Assembly: GCA_010015585.1 (NCBI GenBank)
Contig: ML975155.1
Strand: one strand, 5' to 3'
DNA from: Eremomyces bilateralis CBS 781.70
Taxonomy: Eukaryota
Length of the DNA stretch: 64,000 nt
The notes beneath the pieces were generated by a model. That model was not told where the DNA came from and did no database searches. It saw nothing but the letters and a program-made list of their open reading frames with translations. The translations under genes were made by a program, and so were the position numbers. The number at the start of each line of letters is the position of its first letter. The stretch's first letter is position 1. This document shows, piece after piece, positions 11,766 to 23,896 of this stretch.

Positions 11766-13442
11766 TGCGGCGCATGCTCTGGATGAACGGGTGAAGATAG
11801 GAAATACCGTCGAGAATCACCTTCTCTGATCCTGTGCTTCGAGAATAAAGAGGAGGGTTTCCGAAGGCCGACAGAGGCTCCCATCTCTACTTACGGCGAT
11901 CTAGAAGTTACGGTCAAGCTTTTATAGGCACGGTATTCCATAACCTTGGTCGGCAGAATGCCGTGCGAATGACACATTTCCACTAATAATACAATGCTGA
12001 AAGCAAATCAGAAACACCGGGTTATCTTGATTCGCGATGAGAGGTTAAAAGGGATGACGAATTTAACGATCCACTATCCAGTGATCTCCGGGGTGGATAC
12101 TGGATGCATACTCGTCGCCTCGCTTGGTGATTCCTTCACGCATGTGCCGTACGGCTTCCGTCCGGTACGTCATGGACTTGCGGTGAATAAAAATCGTGAT
12201 AATGAGCCATGCAAGACTTCGAAAAACACAGAATGACTGGAACAGAACAGATTTAGGCCGGGCAGGGACATTACGCCCCTACACACTAGGTGCGTACCGT
12301 GATTCCATCCAACCAACAGACAGGAATAGGTTGGAGGATTTCCAGCTCTTGCAATTGAACACAATATTACCGTTTAGGATACACCAACATCAATAATAGG
12401 CTAGGGTAGAGAAAGCACAAGGCGATGAACGAAGCTCTATATTGGCGATCGCTTCGTGCTTGTGCACGAGCTAGTTGAATGAGTCCCGTCAACGGTTGAC
12501 CCGGTTGCACTATCCATATTGCTGCTCAGAGGGAAAAGCTCAAATCTCAAATGCAATTCGCGGCACCTTCGGTTCTCCAGTACTGTAGAAGACGGTCTTC
12601 GTAAAGCAGAGTCGGTCAGTAGCTGAAAGCAGTGCGCTCGCGAGACAAAGGTTGTGCGAGTCGTTCTCTCGGGTGTCAATCATCTTTGTTCGATTATCGG
12701 GACAACTGTGTTTGCAGTCGGACTAGGACTCAGGTACACCCAGCATCCAAAGTCCAATCGGGCATTTGGAGTATTGAAAGCTATGTTGTTAAGCTGAGGA
12801 TGAGTCTGTTGGAAGCTAAATGGTAGGTATGTAGGGAATTGCCACACCTTCGAAACATGCAAAATGCAGGTGAGCTTGGACGTCGTCGCAGTTAACAGGG
12901 GCTAGTTACGGTATTAAGGAGTCGTGCCGTCCAGCTGAAACAAGGTCGGCCTCTAGAGTTCAGGCTCGATTGACGAAGTTCGAACAGAAACTTGCACTAT
13001 TATTATCGTAACCTGCTATGGATGGCTGCGTCCCCTCAACGACAAACCCAGAATTGGATTGGGAAATCATGAAGACCTGTTTCCGATTGTACGGAGTACT
13101 AGGTACCCATCCAAAGACACTTGGTGTCCGTTCCCGCATGCTGGATACAGCATGAATTGTGAAAAGAAATTCTTGTCCTAAACAAGAGGGTGATAATTAG
13201 GACGCAGATATCCTAAGATCATCTCGAGAGTGAACCATTCATCCAGGATGTAATTCCAAGCAAAGAGAAGGAAAGAAGGTCATCAAATGCATAGAGTATC
13301 CAAGTCTGTTCCGTGATAACTCTGAAGTAATAGGCTTCTCCATATACGAAGGCAACATCGACTCCAACGTCAGACACCAAAGGAGACATGGCCCGTGTTC
13401 CAAATCGGCATTTGGTTGCCACCCGTCGTACATATGATCCCA

Positions 13443-15825
13443 TCAGACGACGACGAAAGTTTCCCGTTGGCTCTGGTCGTGGAGCAGATCCATAAGCCCG
13501 CTCTCGGGGACAAAGCCGCTCCCCTTTCGGTTTTGAGGATCAAAGGAGAATCGAATATACCCTCTTCGCTCGAATGTCCCAGGATGTGTCGTCGAAGAAG
13601 ACACCGCAATGCCACAAAGTCCACTGGTCCCATATCTAGCAAGAGGGAGGAAATATTGTGGAAAGCGCACAGGCGTTGTCGTATCGGCGGTGAAATACGG
13701 ACCTGTGTTCGTGTTCATTGTGGACGTGCTGAATTTTTCTAGTGCGGTCAAAGCGATGGCATAGCAGCCCTTGTTCCCGGTGGACTTATAAATATCGCCA
13801 ATCGTCAGCGGTACGCATCCGACCCGAACTACTTTCCCCGGGGCCTGCGAGATGTTCAACCCGACATGTTGTGAGACTGTCGGAAAGTGTTCCACAACCT
13901 CCACCGTTGCAATCTGCGGTTGAGGCTTCACTTTCCTGTGATTGACGGCAGCATCAATAGAAATCCAAGGCCAGGAAGGCGAGATCCCTGTTTCAACTGA
14001 GTCACTTTCGGGGAGCCTCTCCCAGAGCAGCTCATGAACTAAGTACGGCTCCCAGAGGCCCGCAATGTTTCTCCAACTCATTCGCCGCTCCACGGCAGAT
14101 ATTACGCCAGCGATTGCAAACTCCCTGTCTGACTTCAGCGTCAGAGACGATCTTGTATAGCAGCGAAGGATTTGGCGCCAATGATCGTAAACCTCATCTG
14201 GGCTGGGCTCGAGCGGCCCTAGAAACCTGGAGATGACCGGAATGGGCTTGTTAATGATATATTCGTGAAATTTGGTCTTCATGTCGTTATCACAGACTGT
14301 TTCCAAGACACCAAATTCGTCGCGAACCATTTCATGGCACTCCCATTCTAGGTAAGAGCCGAAAAGCAGCGTTCGGGGTGGTAATAGGCGCTCTTGGAGA
14401 ACCCAACCTCTTCTATGTAACGCCCAGTCGGGATCCACAGCATCCTTCGCAAACCCTCCGTTGAGATTGGTGGTCCAGTGAGGGAGCGCTACCACGCTTT
14501 CTCCCTGATAGTTTCGTGCTACTTGGCAGGGCATATACATCAGGGGATCTCGGCGAGCAAAAACGCCTCCCTCATTGTCAGAGGATCCTAGTGCAGCAAT
14601 GCAAAGAAAACAATTCTTGTAGACTTCAAACATGGAATCGAACTCATTCGACGTGATTTGGTGAGTCTTCTCCTCATTCGAGTTTTGTAAGATGCACAGG
14701 GAGTCAACCCAAAGCCACCTTAACCCAAGGCTGCGAGTCACATGGATTACGTGCTGGATTGTCTTTGGAAGCTTGTGGACCGCAATCCCGGAATTGAGAG
14801 AGGCCGTATTCGCCGATGTCAATCCAATGCAGCTGTTGCTACCCCAGCAGTAACTCAATGCTGCATACTTGAAAGGCAATTTAGCCGGCAAGTGCGCTGT
14901 TGGACCAACTCTAACCATTTGTTCATTTGGGGCCCCGACGTCAATGATTCGCGTGGGTCGGAACCCCTTGTGACTGGAATTGCATCGTTTATGTGACTTG
15001 ATGCATTCGTCCATCCACTTTGGAACGATGCCTGATATGTCGGAAGACGCAGTACTCGCCGGACGAAACCCCTTGAGACTGCTTTGCGGCCCTTGATCGA
15101 ACCATGCACCCTGATCGTTGTCATATTTCGTGTCGATTTTCAGATAGACTCTGGCTCCACGTAAGAGTTCATCAGGCTTGTTCTTGATGCTTGCCGTTAG
15201 GAACATCTCGCGTAGAGATATTTCGGCACCTTCCACATGCACTTCCACAGAAAGGGTTGAGCCGGCCTGGACTGCCGATAAAGCCTTGTTCTTGAACCGT
15301 TCACGGTGCTGTGTGTTAGGGGGGAACTTGCTATTATAGTCAAGGAGACTGAACCAGAACAAAGTACACAGATAGCAACCTCTCTAATACGCATGTTCCA
15401 AACATTCACCGGTTCGATGATGGCTGAACAGTTGGATTCCGCATGGGAGGGGTTTCATCAACTCCTAGGTCAAAAACGACCTCAATCGGACGCAATTCGC
15501 ACAAAACGAGTTGAATTGCACTCGAGATGGGACTGGGAAGTTTTGGTCTGAAATATTTGTAGCCGGAGAGAACTCAGGCCAGGAGACAAGCGGGCGGGAT
15601 GTCCGTTGCGGATAGTGATCTTTGCAGATTTAGCACTATTGTGCAGAAACTTCGCAAGGCTGTACGTAGATGCTTACTGTCTTCGACGGCTCTAACTTCC
15701 CTCCAACCAGATCGTTGCTTGTGGTGGTTCCCATCATCCGCCCTGCACTTCAAATGTGCTGGCAATGGCAGGACCGTGCTGTGGGAACGGCTGTTCAAAA
15801 TTTCACTGCTAGCCCACGACGTCAT
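13443..15825 (-). CDS. HET-domain protein; the 5' region carries two in-frame TAG codons (pseudogene or recoded)
   Basis: PTRIIDV, YAALSYCWG, WLWVDSLCILQ, RGWVLQERLL; predicted exon 1 15825-15678 and intron 15677-15620; TAG at 15467-15465 and 15386-15384. Confidence 0.85.
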
Positions 15826-16957
15826 TTTGTGAGCACCTTGATTCCCGGATCTAGGAAACAAGGCCAACTAAAACCACAGTTTGCAGACAATCAGGAGGTG
15901 ACTCGGAGAAAGGCGGGTAAGAGTAGAAGTATATGGGCTTTGCGCAGCATGGAATAGTAGGATTAGGGCATTGTAGCAAGGGCAACGGACTCAAAAACGG
16001 GGTAGAAAAGGAGAAGACCGGGGGATTGGAAGATAAGAGAATTGGAAAATTGGAAAATTGCACATTAAGAAGAGGATATGGACTGTAAGGAGGTCGACCA
16101 ACAGGCTTGGACGCCATGCTATGCTATCATATGAGTTATCAGAGTTCGCGCATCTATATGGTCAGGATCTTCACACGGAACTGACTAATATCACACGGCT
16201 GAGAGAGGTCGCCGTTTCATGGAGGCGATGATGAAGGATATCAAGGCTCCCATCTCGGAAACTTTTGGAGGTGTAGTGTGAAAAATGTCGGGCTGTGCAT
16301 GCGATTTCGGTTCGATGGAATCGGGCAAAAGACTGCCTTCTCTCGACAGACCCTCCCAACCACCAGGCGGTCAGTTATGATCGTTGGCGAATACCTTGAT
16401 GGTTATCAGGAGATATCATCGCAAGGAAGGCGGAGCATGAAGATGTGTCCATGAATGGACTGCCTCGCCGGACGGTAAACCATTGTAAGGCAAGTTAATG
16501 TCGGGGTGGACCAGCTATTTGATCACCTGAGTTCTGACCCTAATACCAGTAGGTGTATAAATCAAATTCGATGCGAAATGACAGCAAGAATCTCAACCTT
16601 CGGATCTGATCATCAATAAACCGAAAGCTGAGGTGGAACAGAAGTGAAACGGACCTGTCATGGTACTTTCGAAAAGGTTGCATCCCCCTGCTTTTCGGCT
16701 GTAATTACACCTCAGCTGCCATTTGCTGCCATCACGACAAACCACTGTCTGGCACCACATGGCACCAAATGGACGATAGGAACCAAAGGAGTTGCGCTCA
16801 AGATGCATGGTGGCTTGCGCGAAATGATATCTAGTACTCCGTACGTTAGTCTACTCTACCACATGAAAGCCGAAATCTACCAGTCATTGCCTGGACTCTA
16901 TGACGGTATCAGTCATCCAACCGTCTGCGTCGCAAGGCCCTAAAGTCAGGAGGCCAT

Positions 16958-17994
16958 TTATGACTGCGCACCACCAGCCTTCTTTTCATCCATCTCCTCC
17001 CAAGCCTTCTTGACCCGTTCAAGACATCCGCCTTCTCTGGACAACGTCGCATCCTTGAGACCTCTCCAGAACTCCTCTCTTTCCCGAAGCACGGTCTCGG
17101 TCCACTCCCTCATCTCTTTCAATTCGATGCGACATGCGGCATTACAGAACTCGCTGAGATCCACACGTCCATCCCGATATCGCTCGTATTCCACCATTTG
17201 CAGAACCAATTCCACCTTATCCACATCGTGCACGAACACGCTCTCCGGTGTTTGTGAATCCTCGTACTCTTCCCAGAGATCTTTGATCTCCTTTGCTGCG
17301 TGCCCGCTGTCAACATTTCCCAACAGCTCTCCACAGAGCAGCTCCATCGTCTCCCGTTCCCGTCGGGACTTCTCTGGCTTGCTGACCCCGTCCACCGGTG
17401 TGATGTCCCCGACCAGACTTTCCGCCATATCATGCACCAACGCCATCCGCGTACATCTATCGATATCGAGCTTCGATCGGAGTGCTGAAGGCGCGAGCAT
17501 GGTGATGATAGCCATACGGTACATGTGATCGGATACGCTCTCGCCGTGAGTGAATCCGAAGCGGCGCCATCCTTCTCGCTTTGTTGTCTTCAGCTGTTCT
17601 AGTAGGTGAAAGAAGGGTACTGGTGACGCCGAATTCCGTGGAGGCTGGTACTTCAGGGTTGATATGACTATCATGGGTCAGTTACATTCTATTTACGTTA
17701 TGGCTCCACATCGCTAGTGGAAGTCATTTCCGGCGGTATGGGGGAGGAGGGAGAGAAGGGGAGTAGGAGGAGGCACTGCCTACGTTCGGCCAGCTATTGC
17801 TCCAACATCGGGAGTCTGGAGTCTGGACTCATGCGCTCTTCTCACGTACCAGATTCGGGGGTCCAATGCGAGCTCGATGCTTCGGTCGGAGTCATGGTAC
17901 CTGAAGCGGAGTCTCGTAGTCAGCATATAGATTAGAAGACCAAGTACATCAAAGCCTTACCTGGCGCACCGTTGGTCTCTGCTCCATCAGGCAT
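16958..17994 (-). CDS. HD-domain 5'-deoxynucleotidase (HDDC2/YGK1-like), 2 introns
   Basis: KREGW, ESVSDHMYRM, LVHDMAES, DVDK; spliced N-terminus MPDGAETNGAPG-TMTPTEASSSHWTPES-VIST. Confidence 0.92.
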
Positions 17995-18483
17995 AATTGC
18001 AACGTCCTCCTGCTAGACAACGTCGGGGAGATGCTTGGGACAAAGTTCGAAATGCGAGTTCGATGGACCAGGGATAGGACCGGAGATTTTTGTCTCAGTA
18101 GCTGGATGGACCTAAATAAAGAAATAAGAATTGAGGGGTAGAAGTGGAGAGAACGGTGATAAATCAATAATGATACTCCGTACTTAAGGCTACTACGTAA
18201 AGGCACTTGAGGCTTGACTTCTAATGCGCTATTACGGAGTACTATGTAATTACGGAATAGTAATTAGTTATCTTAAGAAAACCAAACTAATGCCATCCCT
18301 GTCAAGGACCCTGTCACAGGGTCTGGAAATTAGATCTAAGACTAAGATCCTCCAACATACATACACCTACAGATACAAGCAAACTCCCTCCTCACTGCTC
18401 ACAAAGCCCAATGGTATACAACAATCCGTGAGAGTGCGCCATAGTCCCTTCTGAATTGGCTGCAGAATGCTACCGTACTCATC

Positions 18484-21054
18484 ATGTCTCGTGCTCCGTC
18501 CGGCCTGAGCTCCAATTCCTCAACACCCGATCAGCTTCCTTCCAAGTCGTCCGCCAACCCCTTGAGCATTATCTTGTTCGTGAGAACCCTAAGGCTGCTG
18601 GATTTGGATCGGTTGGATGATTGGCCGGGAATATCACCTCAGACTTTCTCAACTAAAGATTCCACGCAGAATCAGAAGGCCAGGATCAAGGCTACGGAAT
18701 GGGCTTTGTACCGGTTGTTTGAACTATGGAATCCCGAGGAGACCAGGGAGGTGAGCCATCCTCCAACAACTACGTGAGCAATCCATGGATAAGTGAGCTG
18801 ATTGTTTGGACGTCATCTATAGAAACTTCTCCCGTTCTTTCCTCCGCTCGAACCCCTTCAAAGCCTTAATCTCCGCGCAGCCCTCTTCCGAAGTTTGAAT
18901 GAGCTGAAGAAGAATGGCGTTCTTGGCCGCGATATTATTCTGCGCCGCACGATGCTCGATGATTGTAAAGGGGACAAGTTCAATGACATCCTGATTGGAT
19001 TTTCCTCCGCGGTATTGAAGAAGGAGCTATCTCGCAAACCGACCCGGAAGAGTCATGTGTCTCCGGCCCAGAAGCTGGCTCTATCAAACAGCCTGACTCC
19101 CAAACAACAATCGTCCTTACTACCACTTGCAGTGGCACATAAGGCTGCTTTATCTGCTGTGCTGAAGCGGAAGGCGGAGCAGAAAGCCAGGCTAGAAACA
19201 TTGGCGAGTTTTCTCAACGACAAGAGACAGATGCTTGCCCGTCGCCATGAAAAGGGTCGGTTGGAGATTCGAGAGCTCCAAAACGCGGGTGGTCCACAAG
19301 AGAGCAAAGAGGATGTGAAAAGAGCATTGCAGAATCACTGGCTCGGCGATCTGGCTTGGCTCGACGTGCTAGTCAGTGGAGACCAAGGAGACCCTTCGGA
19401 AAGGGACTTTGAGCGACCCTGGAAAGTCGTTTGGCGCAAACACCTGTACGGAAAGGACCCTGAGGGCGAGGAGCGCCCTGTTGGTCTATTGGAAGACCTT
19501 CAAACTCGTGTTCGTGACCAGCAGGAGCGGCTCGAGCAGTGGAAAATCATCCATGAGCGCACACGACAGCTGATCGACCAGTCCGATACCTTCGCACGAA
19601 AGCTGCATGCTCGCCAAACTACCTCCGCGTCGAGGTTTGACAAGCATCTGGATCTAAATCTGGACAGTATCTCAAAGTCTGGGAGTGGTCGGCTCACCGC
19701 TGGAGCCGCGAGCCCAATGAACCCAGAGGTCCAGGCCGTCCTCGCTGAACTTAATGAAAGTATACAGAAAACCGCAATCAGCCATCGTGGGCAAGGGTCA
19801 CAAGGCTCTCGCAGAGGTCCATCCCAACGGCCAGTCCATGGTCGTCAAAACAGCATCCCCCTAACCCGCATGGCGAATGGGAGGGGCCAGGAATCTACGT
19901 CTCCCAGCGAGGACTCTGGAACATCCCGTGGACATGGATTCAGACCGCTCCCGGTGCGGACAGACAGCGCAACGTCTAGCAGACAGTCAACTAGAGGGCT
20001 ACGTCCGCTGAGTCTGCTTGCTATGTCGCCCGTCAAACTTCCCGGCCAGAGCCAAGGGCCTTCCCCGAACGCTGCGTATGAGCGCGGCTATTCGCCTATG
20101 CGATCATCCAACTTCTCGTCCCCCGCCGAAGGACCCAGTCCAGATTCCAGGAGCCCAGCAAGTGAAGCAGCCGGTGAATACGTAGACGCGCGGAATGGGT
20201 CGACGTTGAGCAACCCATCGCCGAACCCATTAACCCGTGCTCCCACCATGCCTCCACCAAGCCGACCGTATCTCTCCTTAAGCGAACGGACGCGACTTTC
20301 TATGGCACCTGTGGGTCTCGCTCTCTCAGAGTCTGACGAATCACCTCCGGCGGAAACCGACCTTGGTCAAGAGAAGGATAGCTACGAAAAGCGCCATGCA
20401 GAACTGCTGGAACGTACGCGTCAGTCTATGCGGCGAGCAAGCGTGGCACATGAATCGGCGGGGTCCGGTATCGACAATCCCGGCAATGCCCCCACAGGAC
20501 CTAGACATGAACGATCGGTCTCTCGGCCAAAGAGTTCCCACACCGGAAAGCGCGGGAGCGTGTATCATTTCCCTGTGAACGTTTGGGAGGCCGAGAGCCC
20601 AGAAACGGGGAAGAATCAGCCGCTTCCCAGGGTTCTAAATGACTTCGAGCCGACGAATGTTGCCGATGAGCAGGATGACGGCGTGGAACCGCCAAGCAAG
20701 CCACTTCCGGCGCGGCGTACACATACAGTTGACTCTTATATTGGGGTAGAGGCCAATGACGACAAAACCCATGCTCACCCAGCATCAATGGTGTCAGGAG
20801 ACACAATTGTTAAGGGCGATATAAGCGCTTCAACGCTCTCCGATCGAGCTAGCCGAGCGTCTTTGAGTCCCGGAGGAGAAGCATTTGCAGCATTAAGGGG
20901 CAAGACGACGCCGAGGAGGGATGCTACGCCCACGGAGATGCTGTTCAGCCCTGCTGCGGAGTATTCAAGCGTCTTTAAGAGCAGGCCTAAGATTGCAACA
21001 AGTCCTGTTCTCATGCCGGCAGATAATGACGACGATGTAGATGGAGTGGATTAG
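18484..21054 (+). CDS. HAUS6 (augmin subunit 6) N-terminal-domain protein
   Basis: LRLLDLD..DWPGI, EWALYRLF, PFFPPLEPLQSLNLRAALFR, LRRTMLDDCKG; intron near 18751-18821. Confidence 0.8.
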
Positions 21055-21254
21055 CGTCGGGGCTTTCTTTATGTTCGAGCGTTCTTTCATTTTGAAGCGT
21101 TCCTCACTGACACGCGGCAGCGACTGTACGCCCTAACGTTGACGTTTGAGCATTTAGATTTTCGGTACCTATCAACACGAGATATCAAATTTCTAATAGC
21201 GCCTTTGATTACAAAAGTCGTCCCTGATCCCCCAATGGCGATACACGTTTTGCC

Positions 21255-22871
21255 TTACACTTGCTTCGCGACTGTCTCGGCGCACCTCCTAGCTAACGCA
21301 ACTAAGGTCAAGCTCGGATTCCCGGCGGGCGAGCACGGAAACACCGAGTTATCACAGGCATACAAGTTCTCAATTCCCTCGAACTTCAGGTTCTCATCCA
21401 CCACGGCCTTCTGTCCATTGACAGGCATACTCAACGTCCCGATCTCGTGCGCCACGCCTCCCACGTCGGCCTCCTTGAGATTCGGCAGGCCATCCGCTTC
21501 CATCAGAGCGTCTTCACCCAAGATTGACTGAGCGTTGAACCTCTCGAGAATGCCTTTGGCCACGTTTCGTGCCTCTGCTAATAGCGCAGGGGGCACAGGA
21601 GCTCGCTCCATGTAGATGTTAACAGGGGTACCGTAGTCGCCGTTAGGCGCAAGAGTCACGGAGTTTTGCTGCATGAGCGGCGCATAGAATTGGAAGACGA
21701 TCTCGCATAATAGATACCCATTGCGGATATCCATATCGTCCTCGATGTGATCTTTGTCCACGAAACGGCCTTGATTAAACTGAGCGCCCAGCTCGAGGAT
21801 GATGTCGAAGGCATGACTGTCAAGCGTTGCCGCCCGGTGCCGGATCAGGATTTTGGTCGATTGCGGTTCCACTCGAGGAGGCGCAACCCTCGGGACGTCA
21901 GGGGTAAGCCCAAGCATTTTAAGAGTCTCTGGTGGGATAACAAAATGACGGTAGTAGATCGCGTGGTCAACGATCCCGTTGCCAATCATGTCGTTTGGGA
22001 TTTTGGAGTTCAGGGCGATCTTGGCGGACTCGACGGTTCCGGCGCAGAGAATCACCGACTTGGCTTTGTAATGCCGTTCCTTCTTGTCCAAAAGGTCCCA
22101 ACAACGGACTCCATTGACGCGTTTGTTGTTCCCATCTTCGAAAGTTACATCCCACACGGCGTGGTTCACATTGACAGTGATGCCCTGTCTAGTGACCTGC
22201 CCTTCATTCATTCCCTCTGCCAAAGAATCTTCCAGCAGGAGATCCACAGATGAGAATATTCCAGCGGGAACACTCCACTCGGTGGCGCCCGTATATTCCA
22301 CTGCAACTGGGGCCGGGAGAATCTCCCAGTCCTCTCGTAGCAGATCGGAAAGCACCTCAGTCGCTTGGACATGGAAATCCTTCAACTCCGGGACGTCCGC
22401 GTTGAACACTCCTCGTGCCAGGTCGTAACCATTCCCTTCGAGTAGGAACTTTTGGATATCCTTCGGCCATACTTCCAGCTCCCATGCGGCCAACGGGGGG
22501 ATGGAGCTGCCCCAAAATATGCTGCGCCCACCGAGGTTGAAACCTTGTCCGCCGTTGTACATCGATCCCGGTGGAGTATTGTAGTTTTTCACACTGAAAT
22601 ACTCCCAAAGGGACCAAATATGCTTCTGAAACTTGCCAATCATCAATCGGCGAGGGAGATTCCCAACATGGGTGGGGAACAGCAACGAGCCCGCTTCGAG
22701 GACCAGCACCTTCTTCTTCTCGTCCGCGAGGGCGCTAGCGACCACACCTCCGCCCATGCCAGAGCCTACGACGATTACATCGTAGACCTCCTGCTCGTCG
22801 CGGTTGCTTCGGAGGAGCAAGTCGGTCAGAGTTCCAGATTCAGTGATCAGTACATTACGTTGGGGAGCCAT
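21255..22871 (-). CDS. GMC-family FAD oxidoreductase (pyranose/glycoside oxidase-like)
   Basis: DVIVVGSGMGGG, VLVLEAG, LCAGTVES, catalytic HEIGT and NPSLT; intronless 538 aa. Confidence 0.88.
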   Translation of the reverse strand: MAPQRNVLITESGTLTDLLLRSNRDEQEVYDVIVVGSGMGGGVVASALADEKKKVLVLEAGSLLFPTHVGNLPRRLMIGKFQKHIWSLWEYFSVKNYNTPPGSMYNGGQGFNLGGRSIFWGSSIPPLAAWELEVWPKDIQKFLLEGNGYDLARGVFNADVPELKDFHVQATEVLSDLLREDWEILPAPVAVEYTGATEWSVPAGIFSSVDLLLEDSLAEGMNEGQVTRQGITVNVNHAVWDVTFEDGNNKRVNGVRCWDLLDKKERHYKAKSVILCAGTVESAKIALNSKIPNDMIGNGIVDHAIYYRHFVIPPETLKMLGLTPDVPRVAPPRVEPQSTKILIRHRAATLDSHAFDIILELGAQFNQGRFVDKDHIEDDMDIRNGYLLCEIVFQFYAPLMQQNSVTLAPNGDYGTPVNIYMERAPVPPALLAEARNVAKGILERFNAQSILGEDALMEADGLPNLKEADVGGVAHEIGTLSMPVNGQKAVVDENLKFEGIENLYACDNSVFPCSPAGNPSLTLVALARRCAETVAKQV

Positions 22872-23896
22872 GGCAGGTCTTAGTTCCGCACGTTGCTAAC
22901 AGTCGAAATAGTACCAGGATACTTGTATATAGAAGCAAGAGAATGGACCAAAATTAAACTAAGGGCTCACTATTGCTCATGAGGAGAGGAGAGACGACTA
23001 TATGGAATTACCCGTAGACTTGCCTGTAGCATTACCCGTTGTACGGAATATTATCATTTTGCTCAGCCCCACCTGAAGTCTGCATGCATCTTGCATGCAG
23101 ATGCGTCGTACACCTGGTGATATCAATTGACATTAAGATGGGGTCTAGAACCGGGCGTTGAAATAGGAATTGTTGAATGAGGGGGTGGCCCAATGGTGAG
23201 GGATGTGAGGGAGGTGTGTCGGCTGAACAAACCATCTCCTTGCTCACGTCTCCAGTAGAAACTACAATCCATCCACTCTAAGAAGGAAATCTAGTAATGG
23301 TGGTTGAGGATTGTAGTGTTCATGCCGGCAAATATGAAGCTGGAGCAGTGCAGCAATAATTCTGTCGAAGATGGATATTGAGTTGCCATGAATCATGATT
23401 GATCAATCTACAAACCATTGGGATTGTGGCGTTTGGTATCCAGCACTACCACTCACGAGTCATGTCATCCACGACCTAAAGCGGGTGGTAGAAACTTACA
23501 TGACTCATGCAATATCCCCCACATTCCCCGCACGCCGAAGCTGATGAAACTGGGATAGACAGATGTTCGAAAGTAATGAAGAGCCGATACGTGATGTTAA
23601 TGAGGGGATATCTGACTATGTCAGCTGTCGTACCGAACCCAAGGAAATACGACGAATGGCCAAAGCTACACTAATACATGAAACATCAACGACCAAGGGT
23701 CGTGCCTACAGCGGACATCCTAACCCACCTTCACGCCTCGGCTTATCCATCGCCCCGAAAGTTTCAATTCAAGGTTCAAGTCCTCGTTCTCTCCGTTCGT
23801 TTTTGCAGATGTTTGTCAATTGAGCCATCTTATCTAAAGTATTTCTCCTATACCCTCATCGCACTCTCTAAATCTATTGTCGTGTCCTTCGTCACC

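Noticed and set aside
12437..12862. Short minus-strand ORFs between the peroxidase and HET genes
   Set aside because: No recognisable motifs and no convincing splice model
15384..15467. Genome-wide UAG reassignment as the cause of the HET stops
   Set aside because: VMA7 and pepP end at TAG at their expected C-termini
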